IMG/VR virus record: IMGVR_UViG_3300044788_000021
Span: 1-48,487 of that record
DNA: 48,487 nt
From: a virus
Taxonomy: Duplodnaviria; Caudoviricetes
Direction: 5' to 3' (one strand)
Within the stretch, counting starts at the first letter, position 1. Every line of letters starts with the position of its first letter. Below the pieces are notes generated by a model. That model saw only the letters and a list, made by a program, of their open reading frames with translations. It was not told the DNA's origin and made no database searches. Below, piece after piece: positions 26,845 to 35,235 of this stretch. Both the position numbers and the translations under genes were made by a program.

Positions 26845-27573
26845 ATGGTGCTGAGATCGATAGCCGCGCTCCTGATCGTGGCGTTCCTAAGTTTGCCGGC
26901 ATGGGCGCAGTCCGCTTCTCCGGCCGCCAGCACCGGCACCACCTATCCGCCCGCTCTTGGCATCCCTGCGCCGAGCAGCGGTGCCGCAGTTGATCCGACT
27001 AAAAATGTTCTCGATACCGTGTTGGCGGCCGTCACGCGGCTAAACGATATTATGGCGCAGATAGTCAAGAGGCAGGACGATCTGCGAGAGTTTGAGACCA
27101 AGTTCCAAAACGCGCTACGTGAGGCCGAGACGCGGCGTGTCAACGATCTTCGGGATGCTGACATCCGGCGATCCAATGACCTGCGAGACGCAGAGACCCG
27201 GCGAACAAATGAGTTGTCGGCTCAAAAATCGATTGCCGATCTTGAGCTGGCGCGAGTGAACAAAGCCAGCGTGGACTCCTCCGCGCTGCTCTTGGCGACG
27301 GCGGTCAAGGAGTTGAAAACTGATTCGTCCGACAGGACCGCGAAACTCGAACAGTTCGCCAACGAGCAGCGCGGTCGGGCGAGCGGGGGGAATGAGGTAT
27401 GGGCTCTGATCGGCGTCCTCGCAATGCTGCTGCTCGTGGCAGTCGGCGTCCTCGTCAATATGTGGCGGAAAGAGCAAGCGCAGGTACATTCCACCCTATC
27501 GTCGCATGACTTGGACGCGATCATAAGCGCGATTGCAACGGCTCACCGGAACCCGCCCAGTGGACCGGGATAA
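26845..27573 (+). CDS. Membrane-anchored coiled-coil protein (signal peptide plus C-terminal TM helix)
   Basis: N-terminal hydrophobic stretch ending AWA-Q; 11-residue repeats LRxAETRRxND; TM WALIGVLAMLLLVAVGVLV. Confidence 0.7.
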   Translation: MVLRSIAALLIVAFLSLPAWAQSASPAASTGTTYPPALGIPAPSSGAAVDPTKNVLDTVLAAVTRLNDIMAQIVKRQDDLREFETKFQNALREAETRRVNDLRDADIRRSNDLRDAETRRTNELSAQKSIADLELARVNKASVDSSALLLATAVKELKTDSSDRTAKLEQFANEQRGRASGGNEVWALIGVLAMLLLVAVGVLVNMWRKEQAQVHSTLSSHDLDAIISAIATAHRNPPSGPG

Positions 27574-27619
27574 CCGCGGCCGGTTCACCAGAAGCCTAAA
27601 TTTTAATCGGAGCGTCTGA

Positions 27620-27829
27620 ATGGCCGAACCCCTCAAGCAGCCCTGCGGCCCCTGCGGCGGCGTCGGCATCGTCCCGCATGAGAAGCGCCGAATGGAGAAC
27701 GGGGTGACAGACCCCTCGGATTTCCGGGTGCACGAAATCTGCCTGACCTGCGGGGGCAGCGGCAAGGTGCCATTCGACAAGACCAGCGTCGTCGAGAAGG
27801 GCGCCGGTTTTATCGCCGACCATATTTGA
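27620..27829 (+). CDS. Small DnaJ-type zinc-finger protein
   Basis: CGPCGGVG ... CLTCGGSG. Confidence 0.65.
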   Translation: MAEPLKQPCGPCGGVGIVPHEKRRMENGVTDPSDFRVHEICLTCGGSGKVPFDKTSVVEKGAGFIADHI

Positions 27830-27848
27830 GACCGACGAAGGACCGACA

Positions 27849-28583
27849 ATGAGCAACCTACCTTGGGACATGCCGCCTCAGACACGCAAAGGGTTTGAGC
27901 CGCTACGAGGCGCGTGGGTGATACTGCGACTTTTGGCTGATCCGCGCCTTCCGTTTGTCAACGTCATTCACCCGGCAGCCGTTGTCGGAAACCTTGCGGG
28001 CGAAAGCGGCTTAGACCCGGGCATCGACGAGGTGAGCCCGCTGGTCCGAGGCTCGCGAGGTGGACACGGCTGGGAGCAGGCAACCGGACCGCGCCGGGAA
28101 GCTCTTGAGGAATTCGGCGCGGCCAGGGGCGACCCTAATGGCGATATGGACGAGACCAACTATGAATTCCTCGTATCGGAGTTGCTTGGCTCCGAGCGTC
28201 GCGCCCTTGATAGGTTGATGCAGACCACGACGCTTGAGGCCGCAGTCTACACGTTCGAGGTCGCGTTCGAGCGGCCCTCAAGCACGAGCGATGTCAACAG
28301 CCGCATACGGTTCGCTCAGCAGGCGCTGGACGCCGTTGGGCAGATACCGGCGATACGGACCGCTCCCGAGTCTCCACATGTCCCTGCGCCCGCCGCAGCG
28401 GCTCCTGTGCCAACCGTCGCGCTCGGCACACCCGATGCCCTGGCGGTCACCTATCGGGCATGGCAAACGGTCGTGGCGATTGCGGGTTACTACAGCGGCC
28501 CGATCGATGGGAGGCCGAGCGATGCGATGATTGATGCGGAGCAGAAGTATCTCGATTGGCTCGATGCGGGAGCGCGGCCATGA
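27849..28583 (+). CDS. Endolysin, Phage_lysozyme2 (tail-lysozyme) family, with C-terminal peptidoglycan-binding-like segment
   Basis: AAVVGNLAGESG, GHGWEQATGPRR, NYEFLVSEL, FERP; C-terminal AGYYSGPIDG. Confidence 0.85.
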   Translation: MSNLPWDMPPQTRKGFEPLRGAWVILRLLADPRLPFVNVIHPAAVVGNLAGESGLDPGIDEVSPLVRGSRGGHGWEQATGPRREALEEFGAARGDPNGDMDETNYEFLVSELLGSERRALDRLMQTTTLEAAVYTFEVAFERPSSTSDVNSRIRFAQQALDAVGQIPAIRTAPESPHVPAPAAAAPVPTVALGTPDALAVTYRAWQTVVAIAGYYSGPIDGRPSDAMIDAEQKYLDWLDAGARP

Positions 28584-29041
28584 TCTTGCGCAGGCTGAGG
28601 GGGGGGCCGGCTGCCGCCGTTGCTCCCCATGCCGCTGTTCCAAATCCGACGACGGACCCGGTCGCCACACCGCCTAGCGCTCCCGCCGTGCAGGCCGAAT
28701 TGCCAGCCCGGGAAGCGCATCCCCTAGCTCCGCCCTTGCCCGCAATCGTCATCCCGCCGACTTCTGCCGTCGCTCAAGAGCTTGTCAACCGCGCGCCGTG
28801 GTGGATGCTGCCGACCCTCGGATGGTACGTGCTGACAATTTTCGCGGGCGCGCTGGTCGCGTCGTGCTTCATGGACAACGACACGCTGCGCACGCAGATG
28901 TTTGCTGTCGCCGCATCCGGGTTTACCGCGACGATCGGTTTCTTCATGGGCTCATCGATGGGATCTCAGAAAAAGGACGACGCGCTTGTCGCACAGGCGG
29001 CCAGCCCGTCGCAGCCGCGCGTCCCGCCCGCCATCGCTTAG
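28580..29041 (+). CDS. Holin-like two-TM protein
   Basis: Overlaps the lysin stop (ATGA); two hydrophobic helices and GFFMGSSMGSQKKD tail motif. Confidence 0.7.
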   Translation: MILRRLRGGPAAAVAPHAAVPNPTTDPVATPPSAPAVQAELPAREAHPLAPPLPAIVIPPTSAVAQELVNRAPWWMLPTLGWYVLTIFAGALVASCFMDNDTLRTQMFAVAASGFTATIGFFMGSSMGSQKKDDALVAQAASPSQPRVPPAIA

Positions 29042-29052
29042 GAGGACACTTG

Positions 29053-29469
29053 ATGAAACGCACGAGCATGGCGGCCGCTGATAACGCCAATCCTCTCGAT
29101 CCCAACCCAGCGCTGCGAGCCGAACTCCTGGCAGCCCTGGTGTTGATCGATCCGCAAATCCGCGGTCTCTATGACCTTTCGCACATTCCGCCCTCAACCG
29201 ATCTCGGGGCGATCATCGCCGCGGAATTGGAGAACATGACGCGCCGGCGAGACCTGATCGTCGCGGTGCTGGGGACACTGGCTGCGGGGATCGACGCCCG
29301 GGAATCCCTCGCAGCGGACGGCTACCCAGCGGTCAAGGAGGTTCAAGTTCCAGAGGGTCTCTTTCTGGAGCTTAAGAGCGAGGTCGCGGATGTGGAAGCT
29401 GCTGCGGCTCTTTTCGAGGCTATGGCGTCTACCATGACGATTGAGTTTGGAGACCCTGTAGACAAGTGA
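29053..29469 (+). CDS. Helical hypothetical protein ending MTIEFGDPVDK
   Basis: GGAGG RBS, ATG 29053 (3' part of track ORF 28798..29469). Confidence 0.65.
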   Translation: MKRTSMAAADNANPLDPNPALRAELLAALVLIDPQIRGLYDLSHIPPSTDLGAIIAAELENMTRRRDLIVAVLGTLAAGIDARESLAADGYPAVKEVQVPEGLFLELKSEVADVEAAAALFEAMASTMTIEFGDPVDK

Positions 29470-29501
29470 ACCTTATCTGAACTCTTCAAAGGAACCGTAA
29501 A

Positions 29502-29837
29502 ATGGCAAAGTTGACTACACGCACGAAAGTCCCCTACACGATTACCGTTGATGGGCCGATTGAGAACTTGGTCGGCGCGTCATCTGACGAGACGGTTGGC
29601 CGCGTCGTGCCTGACGATGCGACCGGATTGACGGGGTTTGTTGAAGGCGTCGCGCCAAGTCAGGTTGATGCTGATGGCGTTCAGATCCCAAACCGGGTGA
29701 CGTGGACCGGCGACGCCAAGATCGGCCCCGGCGAAAACAACCTCCTCGCGATCAGCGAGGACTTTACGTGCGATATGGACCCCCGGGACGAAGCAACGAC
29801 CATGACCGTCACGTTCGGCACCCCGGTCGATAAGTAG
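29502..29837 (+). CDS. Ig-like (Big_2-like) protein ending MTVTFGTPVDK
   Basis: AAGGA RBS; ASSDETVGRVVP...GFVEGVAP...VTWTGDA pattern of Ig-like group 2 domains. Confidence 0.65.
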   Translation: MAKLTTRTKVPYTITVDGPIENLVGASSDETVGRVVPDDATGLTGFVEGVAPSQVDADGVQIPNRVTWTGDAKIGPGENNLLAISEDFTCDMDPRDEATTMTVTFGTPVDK

Positions 29838-29853
29838 CAAGGAGGGGCCACCA

Positions 29854-30012
29854 ATGACCGCAGGCATCTGGTTCTGGATTCTGTACGTGATCTCGATCCT
29901 GTTCACGGGATGGTTTTGGTGGCCCTTCACGCAGGATCGCGCGCCATCGCTGGTCATGTATATCCTGATCGGCCTCCTGGGATGGGGCATCTTCGGGGCT
30001 CCGATCCGATGA
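29854..30012 (+). CDS. Small Trp-rich two-TM membrane protein (52 aa)
   Basis: AAGGAGG RBS; read directly: MTAGIWFWILYVISILFTGWFWWPFTQDRAPSLVMYILIGLLGWGIFGAPIR. Confidence 0.7.
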   Translation: MTAGIWFWILYVISILFTGWFWWPFTQDRAPSLVMYILIGLLGWGIFGAPIR

Positions 30013-30104
30013 CCGATCAATTCATCCTCCGAGGTTTGGAGACATCCCGGCGTGTCAGAGGGGCCAACATCCTCCTGGCGATCGCCGCAGTCGGGGGTAG
30101 TGAC

Positions 30105-31010
30105 TCAGTTTGAAATCTCGGTCGCCGCAGCGCCGCGCTTGCGGTAGGTCGCGGGCCGCTTCGGCGCTTCCTCGCGGGCATCGATCAGCGCGACGATATC
30201 GGTCATATCCCAAAGCCGATCAGAAATACCAGCCGCCATCGCAGGCGACACGCGCAAGGTCTGATGCCGGCGAACGAAGTTGTAATACACGAAGTAGAGC
30301 GCCAGCGCATGGCAATGGTTCTCGACCTTCTTGCTAAAAGCGTTGGTCAACCGGGTGAACCGCCGCATGCTCATCCGCATGGTGAGGTTGTGCCGCTCGG
30401 TGTGCGACGTGCTGATGTGCTTCGGGTCCGGGTTGCCGGTGATCGTGTCCTTGCGTGCCCCCAGGCACTCTGACGGGCTGTATTTGCGCTCATGGCCCTG
30501 GCCGCTGATTTCAGGGCCATACAGCTTCACCAGCATGCCGTAATCGATGTCCGCACCGAATGCCTCTTCAACCGCGCTCAGGTAAGCCTTGTGCCCGTCA
30601 GTCGTCAGTTGAACCCGGTTTGCCAATCGGCTGCGAAGATCGTCCATGAGCGCCAGCGCGTATTCCGCATCGCGCCCGCCGACCTGCCACGACAGGATCA
30701 GCTTGGTATCGGAGTCCAGCGCGGTCCACGTCCAAACATCGCCAGCGCCTTCCGGGGCGGCCTTAGCCGTCGCGACGTTCTTCTGCTTGGCGTAGCAAAA
30801 ACTCCACGCCTCATCGCACTGGATGCGCTTGCTGGCGACGTTGCGCACCGCCTCATCGTGAAACCGGACGCAGGCTTTGCCGGCATCGATCAGCGTCTTG
30901 TAGACGGTGTTGAGGCTCACGTCCGCAACGCGCGAGATCGACCGGCAGGACGATCCCTCGACGAGCATCGAGAGGATTTGGACGCGCTTGGTGAGGGGCA
31001 GCTTGTTCAT
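30105..31010 (-). CDS. IS1-family DDE transposase (single ORF)
   Basis: N-terminal HTH ([14 protein letters not shown]), [44 protein letters not shown]. Confidence 0.95.
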   Translation of the reverse strand: MNKLPLTKRVQILSMLVEGSSCRSISRVADVSLNTVYKTLIDAGKACVRFHDEAVRNVASKRIQCDEAWSFCYAKQKNVATAKAAPEGAGDVWTWTALDSDTKLILSWQVGGRDAEYALALMDDLRSRLANRVQLTTDGHKAYLSAVEEAFGADIDYGMLVKLYGPEISGQGHERKYSPSECLGARKDTITGNPDPKHISTSHTERHNLTMRMSMRRFTRLTNAFSKKVENHCHALALYFVYYNFVRRHQTLRVSPAMAAGISDRLWDMTDIVALIDAREEAPKRPATYRKRGAAATEISN

Positions 31011-31016
31011 GCCCTG

Positions 31017-31051
31017 ATTATTTGAACGTATATGCTTCACGTCAAGCATAT
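31017..31051 (-). promoter_or_regulatory. Sigma70-like transposase promoter with overlapping palindrome
   Basis: Minus strand TTGACG-17 nt-AATAAT ending 6 nt before the ATG; palindrome ATATGCTT-N6-AAGCATAT at 31030-31051 covers the -35. Confidence 0.7.
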
Positions 31052-31055
31052 TGGT

Positions 31056-32099
31056 TCATTTCTGACCGATTCGGTCCAGATCGTCGAGCGCCATCTTCAA
31101 CGTCGTTTGCGGCTTCGGGAACGACCGATCAAGCATCTCCGCGAACTGTTTCCAATTCCCGGCCGCTCTCATCAGCGCAAGGACTCCATCAAAATGAGAC
31201 TTAAGCTGTGGGATGCCGTAGTCAGTCGTGAGAAATTGCGTAAGCACATGCCTAAGCCGTCCCCTTTCATCCCGACCGGCGTAATCGTGCAGCTGTTCTC
31301 GGAGTCCTGGCCCAAGACGATCATAGATAATATCGTTTGTCCATTTCCCCACAACACTTGGATGTTTTGCCGATGAGGGATCAAACGGCCAGTCGTGTAA
31401 TTCATGTATCCTCTTATAATAGTCTACTGGAAAATGTTTTTTCCAAGGTTGTAGTTCCTTCACAAGCCATTTATCTATTATCTGTTCAATAGCATTTTTT
31501 GCACGTATGTATTGATACCCAGTGGCCTCGTCAACGGCAGAAATAATGCCGGCGAGCGACCACGCCGCAATTAATATTTCGCATCGTTCTGCTATATGCT
31601 CTTGTTGTTTTTGCAGCTTTCCGGCTCGCCTCGCTGCTAGGATTGCTAGACAAATCGAATGTAATACCTCTGCATCATAGCCGTATGCTATCGATGAATT
31701 TGGCGCTCGGAATTTTACCGGAGCAGTGATCACCTCGCTTAACTCACTGGCAACATAGGGTTTAATTCGCTCACCATTTATAAAATTGGCCAAACGATCA
31801 CCACCCCCGCTGGCGCTCCCTCGTGCCATTCCAAGGGCGCTCACCATGCCGCGCTGTACGAGAACCCGCCGTTCACCTTCTATGACATAGCAAGGGATTT
31901 CGAGCCCAAGCGCAGTGATACGCATCGGCCGATCGATTGCCCCACATAAGACTTGCGGGAGATCGTCCGCATCATCATGCCAGCGCGCCGATGCTGCTGC
32001 CTTGGCAATCTCCTTTCGGCGTTCCGGGGGAAGAGCGTCGGCGCGGGCCTTGCCGCCCTTCGACTGCGGTGTATCGTTTTCGCCGAATAGATCGGTCAT
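31056..32099 (-). CDS. P63C-domain protein (IS cargo)
   Basis: IPCYVIE..RRVL, GIISAVDEATGYQ, PWKKHFPVDYY, VVGKWTNDIIYDRL; visibly AT-richer than the phage. Confidence 0.85.
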   Translation of the reverse strand: MTDLFGENDTPQSKGGKARADALPPERRKEIAKAAASARWHDDADDLPQVLCGAIDRPMRITALGLEIPCYVIEGERRVLVQRGMVSALGMARGSASGGGDRLANFINGERIKPYVASELSEVITAPVKFRAPNSSIAYGYDAEVLHSICLAILAARRAGKLQKQQEHIAERCEILIAAWSLAGIISAVDEATGYQYIRAKNAIEQIIDKWLVKELQPWKKHFPVDYYKRIHELHDWPFDPSSAKHPSVVGKWTNDIIYDRLGPGLREQLHDYAGRDERGRLRHVLTQFLTTDYGIPQLKSHFDGVLALMRAAGNWKQFAEMLDRSFPKPQTTLKMALDDLDRIGQK

Positions 32100-32182
32100 A
32101 TCTCAGCCGCCCATCTAGATGCTTGCTGAGATGCTTGCTAGCATGCCCCTCTTATGGCTGCAAGCATATTATTGGCTGCTTG

Positions 32183-32416
32183 CTACCTCTGCCATCGTTT
32201 CGCCGCTGCATTCCTCGCGATCTCGGCTCGCCGCTCAGGCGTCATACTCTTAGCACGAGCTGCGCCGCCCTTCTTGCCGAGCGCCTGGGCGGCCTTGTCC
32301 TTGCCGTCGTCGGCCGAGGTCGACTCATCAATCTCGCCCGTCAGGATCTTGGCGACGCGAATCGCGTTGGCTACGGTGTCGGCGGGGCGCTTTTGTCCTT
32401 GGGGTCCCTTCGGCAT
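32183..32416 (-). CDS. Small basic protein with KGG-like motif (IS-associated)
   Basis: KRPADTVANAIRVAKILTGE...LGKKGGAARAKSMTPERRAEIARNAAAKRW. Confidence 0.85.
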   Translation of the reverse strand: MPKGPQGQKRPADTVANAIRVAKILTGEIDESTSADDGKDKAAQALGKKGGAARAKSMTPERRAEIARNAAAKRWQR

Positions 32417-32489
32417 GCTCGCTCCGCGCTGTGCATTACGCTAAGCATATATGATGACTGCCGCAGGAAAGCGAGGGGAAGCATCCCAA

Positions 32490-33458
32490 ATGAGACGCCG
32501 CGAGTTGATCCTGTTGGTCGGCGCGATGGCGGCATGGCCGTTCGCCGCGCGCGCGCAACAGAAGGCGATGCCGGTGATCGGCTACCTCTCGCCCGGCCCG
32601 AACTCTGCACCGTTACTGGCCGCGCTCCGCCAGGGACTGAGCGAAGCCGGCTACGTCGAGGGACAGAATTTGGCGATCGAATACCGCTATGCGGAGGGCC
32701 ATTACGATCGGCTGCCCGCATTGGCCGCCGATCTCGTCGGCCGCAAGGTCGATTTGATCATGGCGAACGGCCCGCCTGCGGCACTAGCCGCGAAAAGCGC
32801 GACCTCGACGATCCCGATCGTCTTCAGGGGTGGCAGCGACCCGGTCGGGGACGGGCTGGTCGCCAGCCTCGCCCGGCCGGGCGGCAACCTCACGGGGAGC
32901 GCGAACGCCGACGACCTAACGGCTAAGCGGCTTGAGCTGCTGTCCGAGATGGTTCCCCAGGCTAGGGTGATCGCCCTGCTGGTGAACCCGAACGCGGCGG
33001 ATCACGAGCGCATCATCAGAAACGTGCAGGAAGCAGCGCGCGCGAAGGGGGTGCAACTCCCTATTCTGAAGGCCGGCACTGAAAGCGAGATCGACGCCGC
33101 CTTCGCCTCCCTCGTCCAACTGCACGCCGGCGCGCTCGTCGTCGCCGCCGATCCGTTCTTATCCAGCCGGCGCGAGCAGCTCGTGGCGCTGGCAGCGCGC
33201 CATGCTGTCCCGGCGAGCTATGCGTGGCGCGAGTTCGCCGCTTCCGGCGGCCTGATCAGCTATGGACCAAGCCTCACTTCTGCCTTTCGCCTGGTCGGCA
33301 CTTACGCGGGAAAGGTCCTCAAGGGCGCCAAGCCCGCCGATCTGCCGGTCCAGCAACCTACCAAATTCGAGCTGATCATTAACCTCAAGACCGCGCAGGC
33401 GCTCGGTCTCACCGTGCCGCAATCGATGCTGATGCGCGCCGACGAGGTGATTGAGTGA
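32490..33458 (+). CDS. Orphan ABC transporter substrate-binding protein (ABC_sub_bind type; IS cargo)
   Basis: MRRRELI Tat-like leader, IEYRYAEG, TSTIPIVF, GLVASLARPGGNLTG, KPADLPVQQPTKFELIINLKTA, RADEVIE. Confidence 0.95.
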   Translation: MRRRELILLVGAMAAWPFAARAQQKAMPVIGYLSPGPNSAPLLAALRQGLSEAGYVEGQNLAIEYRYAEGHYDRLPALAADLVGRKVDLIMANGPPAALAAKSATSTIPIVFRGGSDPVGDGLVASLARPGGNLTGSANADDLTAKRLELLSEMVPQARVIALLVNPNAADHERIIRNVQEAARAKGVQLPILKAGTESEIDAAFASLVQLHAGALVVAADPFLSSRREQLVALAARHAVPASYAWREFAASGGLISYGPSLTSAFRLVGTYAGKVLKGAKPADLPVQQPTKFELIINLKTAQALGLTVPQSMLMRADEVIE

Positions 33459-33874
33459 CAAATTCAAACTGAGTCACTACCCAGTCGGGATGCTCCTTGC
33501 CTTCACCCGCTGCGGCGGGATTGTCCCGCAACCTGCCGACCCGGCGGTAACGGCGCGCATCGTCGCGGCGTGCACGGCGGACGGCGTATTCAAGAGCGTC
33601 GGCGGCCGGCTCGTCCTCTCGATGGTGCCGGTGCCGGGCGTCGCCACGGCTGATCAGATCGTGGCCGCCGGGGTTGACCGCGTTTGTGCCGACCCGGCCG
33701 CATTCTCCGCCGATCTCTCTACCGTCGAGTGGGTGGTGAAGAACCTCGCGCGGTAGCCTTTCGCGCCGCAACTGTGCCCGTTTCTGTGCTTGCGTCCTTC
33801 GGCGTTCGTTTCCGCCGTTTCCGCCATTTCCGACAGGGAAACCGAGGGAAACAGCCGTTTTTGAGCAATATGGC

Positions 33875-33928
33875 TGGCTGGGGGACTAGGATTCGAACCT
33901 AGACTGGCGGAGTCAGAGTCCGCTGTCC
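33875..33928 (-). other. attP core: 3' two-thirds of tRNA-Gln(CTG)
   Basis: Reverse strand GGACAGCGGACTCTGACTCCGCCAGTCTAGGTTCGAATCCTAGTCCCCCAGCCA has an anticodon arm (CTG), T arm and CCA, but no 5' acceptor strand or D arm; next to the integrase. Confidence 0.85.
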
Positions 33929-34113
33929 AAGCGCGCCAAGCGTTGGAAAACATTGCGTTTTTCACGTCAATCCTCTCGCCTTTGTGGCCATTTTTGTGCA
34001 GCGCCTGGGGTCGCGCTCACTTCGGTGCCCCCCTGTGATAGATCATTCGTGCAATCAGGAATCCGATAACGTATCCGATCTCCAGTCCGCAGATACCAAT
34101 CAAAAGTGTTATC

Positions 34114-35235
34114 TCAGGTGCTGGCATTTGGGAGCCCTCTCCATCCATTGGGCGTCTGCTTAGACTTTTCCATCGCTTGGTGCAGGTGCTCCGTCTCCAG
34201 GAAGGCGTAGCTTTTTTCGGTCGTTACGACCGAATGATGCCCGAGCCACCGCGCCACCTGCTCCATCGAGAACCGGCGATCCTGCAGCAGCCGGCACCCG
34301 CAGGTGCGGCGTAGGTCGTGCCAAGTCGCGGGCTTGATCCCCGCCCGTTTGACGGCGCCCGCGAGGCCCTTACCCAACGTCCGGTAGCGCTCCCCGGTCT
34401 CGGGGTTGACCAGCACATAGGGCGAGCGCAGCCGCCTCGGCATTGTGTCCAGAATTGTGCGCGCTCTCGGCAGAAGGGGAATCTCGCGCCGTCGGATGGC
34501 CTTCGTGTCGCCGGCGAGTAACTCGATCTGGTTTTTCGAGAAATTGACCTGATCCCATCGGAGGCCGAGCAGCTCGTCGCTGCGCAGCCCGGTGTCGATC
34601 GCCAGCGCGATCGCGTCGGAGAGCAGGCGCTCGGCCTGGTCGTCCTGCGCCGCGGTCAGGAGCGCGGCCTCCTCGTCGTGGGTCAGCCAGCGCGTCTTGG
34701 GCGCGCCCTCGCGCAGTCCGCGCTTCTTCCGCGCCTTCAAGAACGCCGGCACCGGGTTGCGGTCGGTCCATTCCCATTCCATCGCGCAACCGAACATCGC
34801 CGAGAGGCAGGCGAGGTCGCGCCGGATCGTCGCCGGCGACAACGGCTTCGGCTTCCGCTTGCCGAGCCAGCGCGCGGGGATGCGCTGCCCGGCCTTTCGG
34901 CGCGCGTCGGCGAACTCGGCGAGCCGGGCGCTGGTGATCTCGTCCAGCCGCTGCCCCTCGAAATGATCGGTCAGCGCCTCGATCGAAATCAGGTAGCGCC
35001 GCCGGGATTTCGGCTTCAGCTCCGGCAGATGGTCCTCGATGAATTTCAATGCCATGTCGTCGAAGGTCCGCGGCGGCCGCTCGCCCCAGCCGGAGCGCTC
35101 CAGCTGGTCGAGCCATTCCGTCAGGCGTTTGCGCGCAACTCCCTCAGCCGTCGTCTTAAGGGGCTGGCGGTAGAGCGTGCCCTCACGCTGTACCCTGCCC
35201 CACCATTGCCGGCCGCGCCTGTAGATGGATGCCAT
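34114..35235 (-). CDS. int: Tyrosine integrase
   Basis: DTGLR, HDLRR, LGH and Y catalytic residues; N-terminal arm-binding SIYRRGRQWW; start at ATG 35235. Confidence 0.95.
   Translation of the reverse strand: MASIYRRGRQWWGRVQREGTLYRQPLKTTAEGVARKRLTEWLDQLERSGWGERPPRTFDDMALKFIEDHLPELKPKSRRRYLISIEALTDHFEGQRLDEITSARLAEFADARRKAGQRIPARWLGKRKPKPLSPATIRRDLACLSAMFGCAMEWEWTDRNPVPAFLKARKKRGLREGAPKTRWLTHDEEAALLTAAQDDQAERLLSDAIALAIDTGLRSDELLGLRWDQVNFSKNQIELLAGDTKAIRRREIPLLPRARTILDTMPRRLRSPYVLVNPETGERYRTLGKGLAGAVKRAGIKPATWHDLRRTCGCRLLQDRRFSMEQVARWLGHHSVVTTEKSYAFLETEHLHQAMEKSKQTPNGWRGLPNAST

Larger units (their letters stand above)
30096..33481 (-). mobile_element. IS1-family element with passenger genes (3,386 bp)
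   Basis: Perfect 19-bp terminal inverted repeats GGTAGTGACTCAGTTTGAA (30096-30114) and TTCAAACTGAGTCACTACC (33463-33481); 8-bp TSD CAGTCGGG (30088-30095, 33482-33489). Confidence 0.95.
30009..33756 (+). pseudogene. Putative exported/lipoprotein gene split by the IS element (30009-30095 joined to 33490-33756)
   Basis: Removing the element and one TSD restores a 117-aa frame: MTDQF...ANILLAIAAVG|MLLAFTRCGGIVPQ...KNLAR. Confidence 0.8.

Noticed and set aside
30105-31049. InsA/InsB frameshift or upstream start at 31049
   Set aside because: The transposase is one continuous ORF, and the promoter lies within 31017-31045, favouring ATG 31010
33159-33467. Minus-strand ORF (LNHLVGAHQHR...)
   Set aside because: Antisense shadow of the conserved SBP C-terminus
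33875-33945. Complete tRNA-Gln gene
   Set aside because: The 5' acceptor strand (expected TGGGGGA) and D arm are missing; best explained as attP
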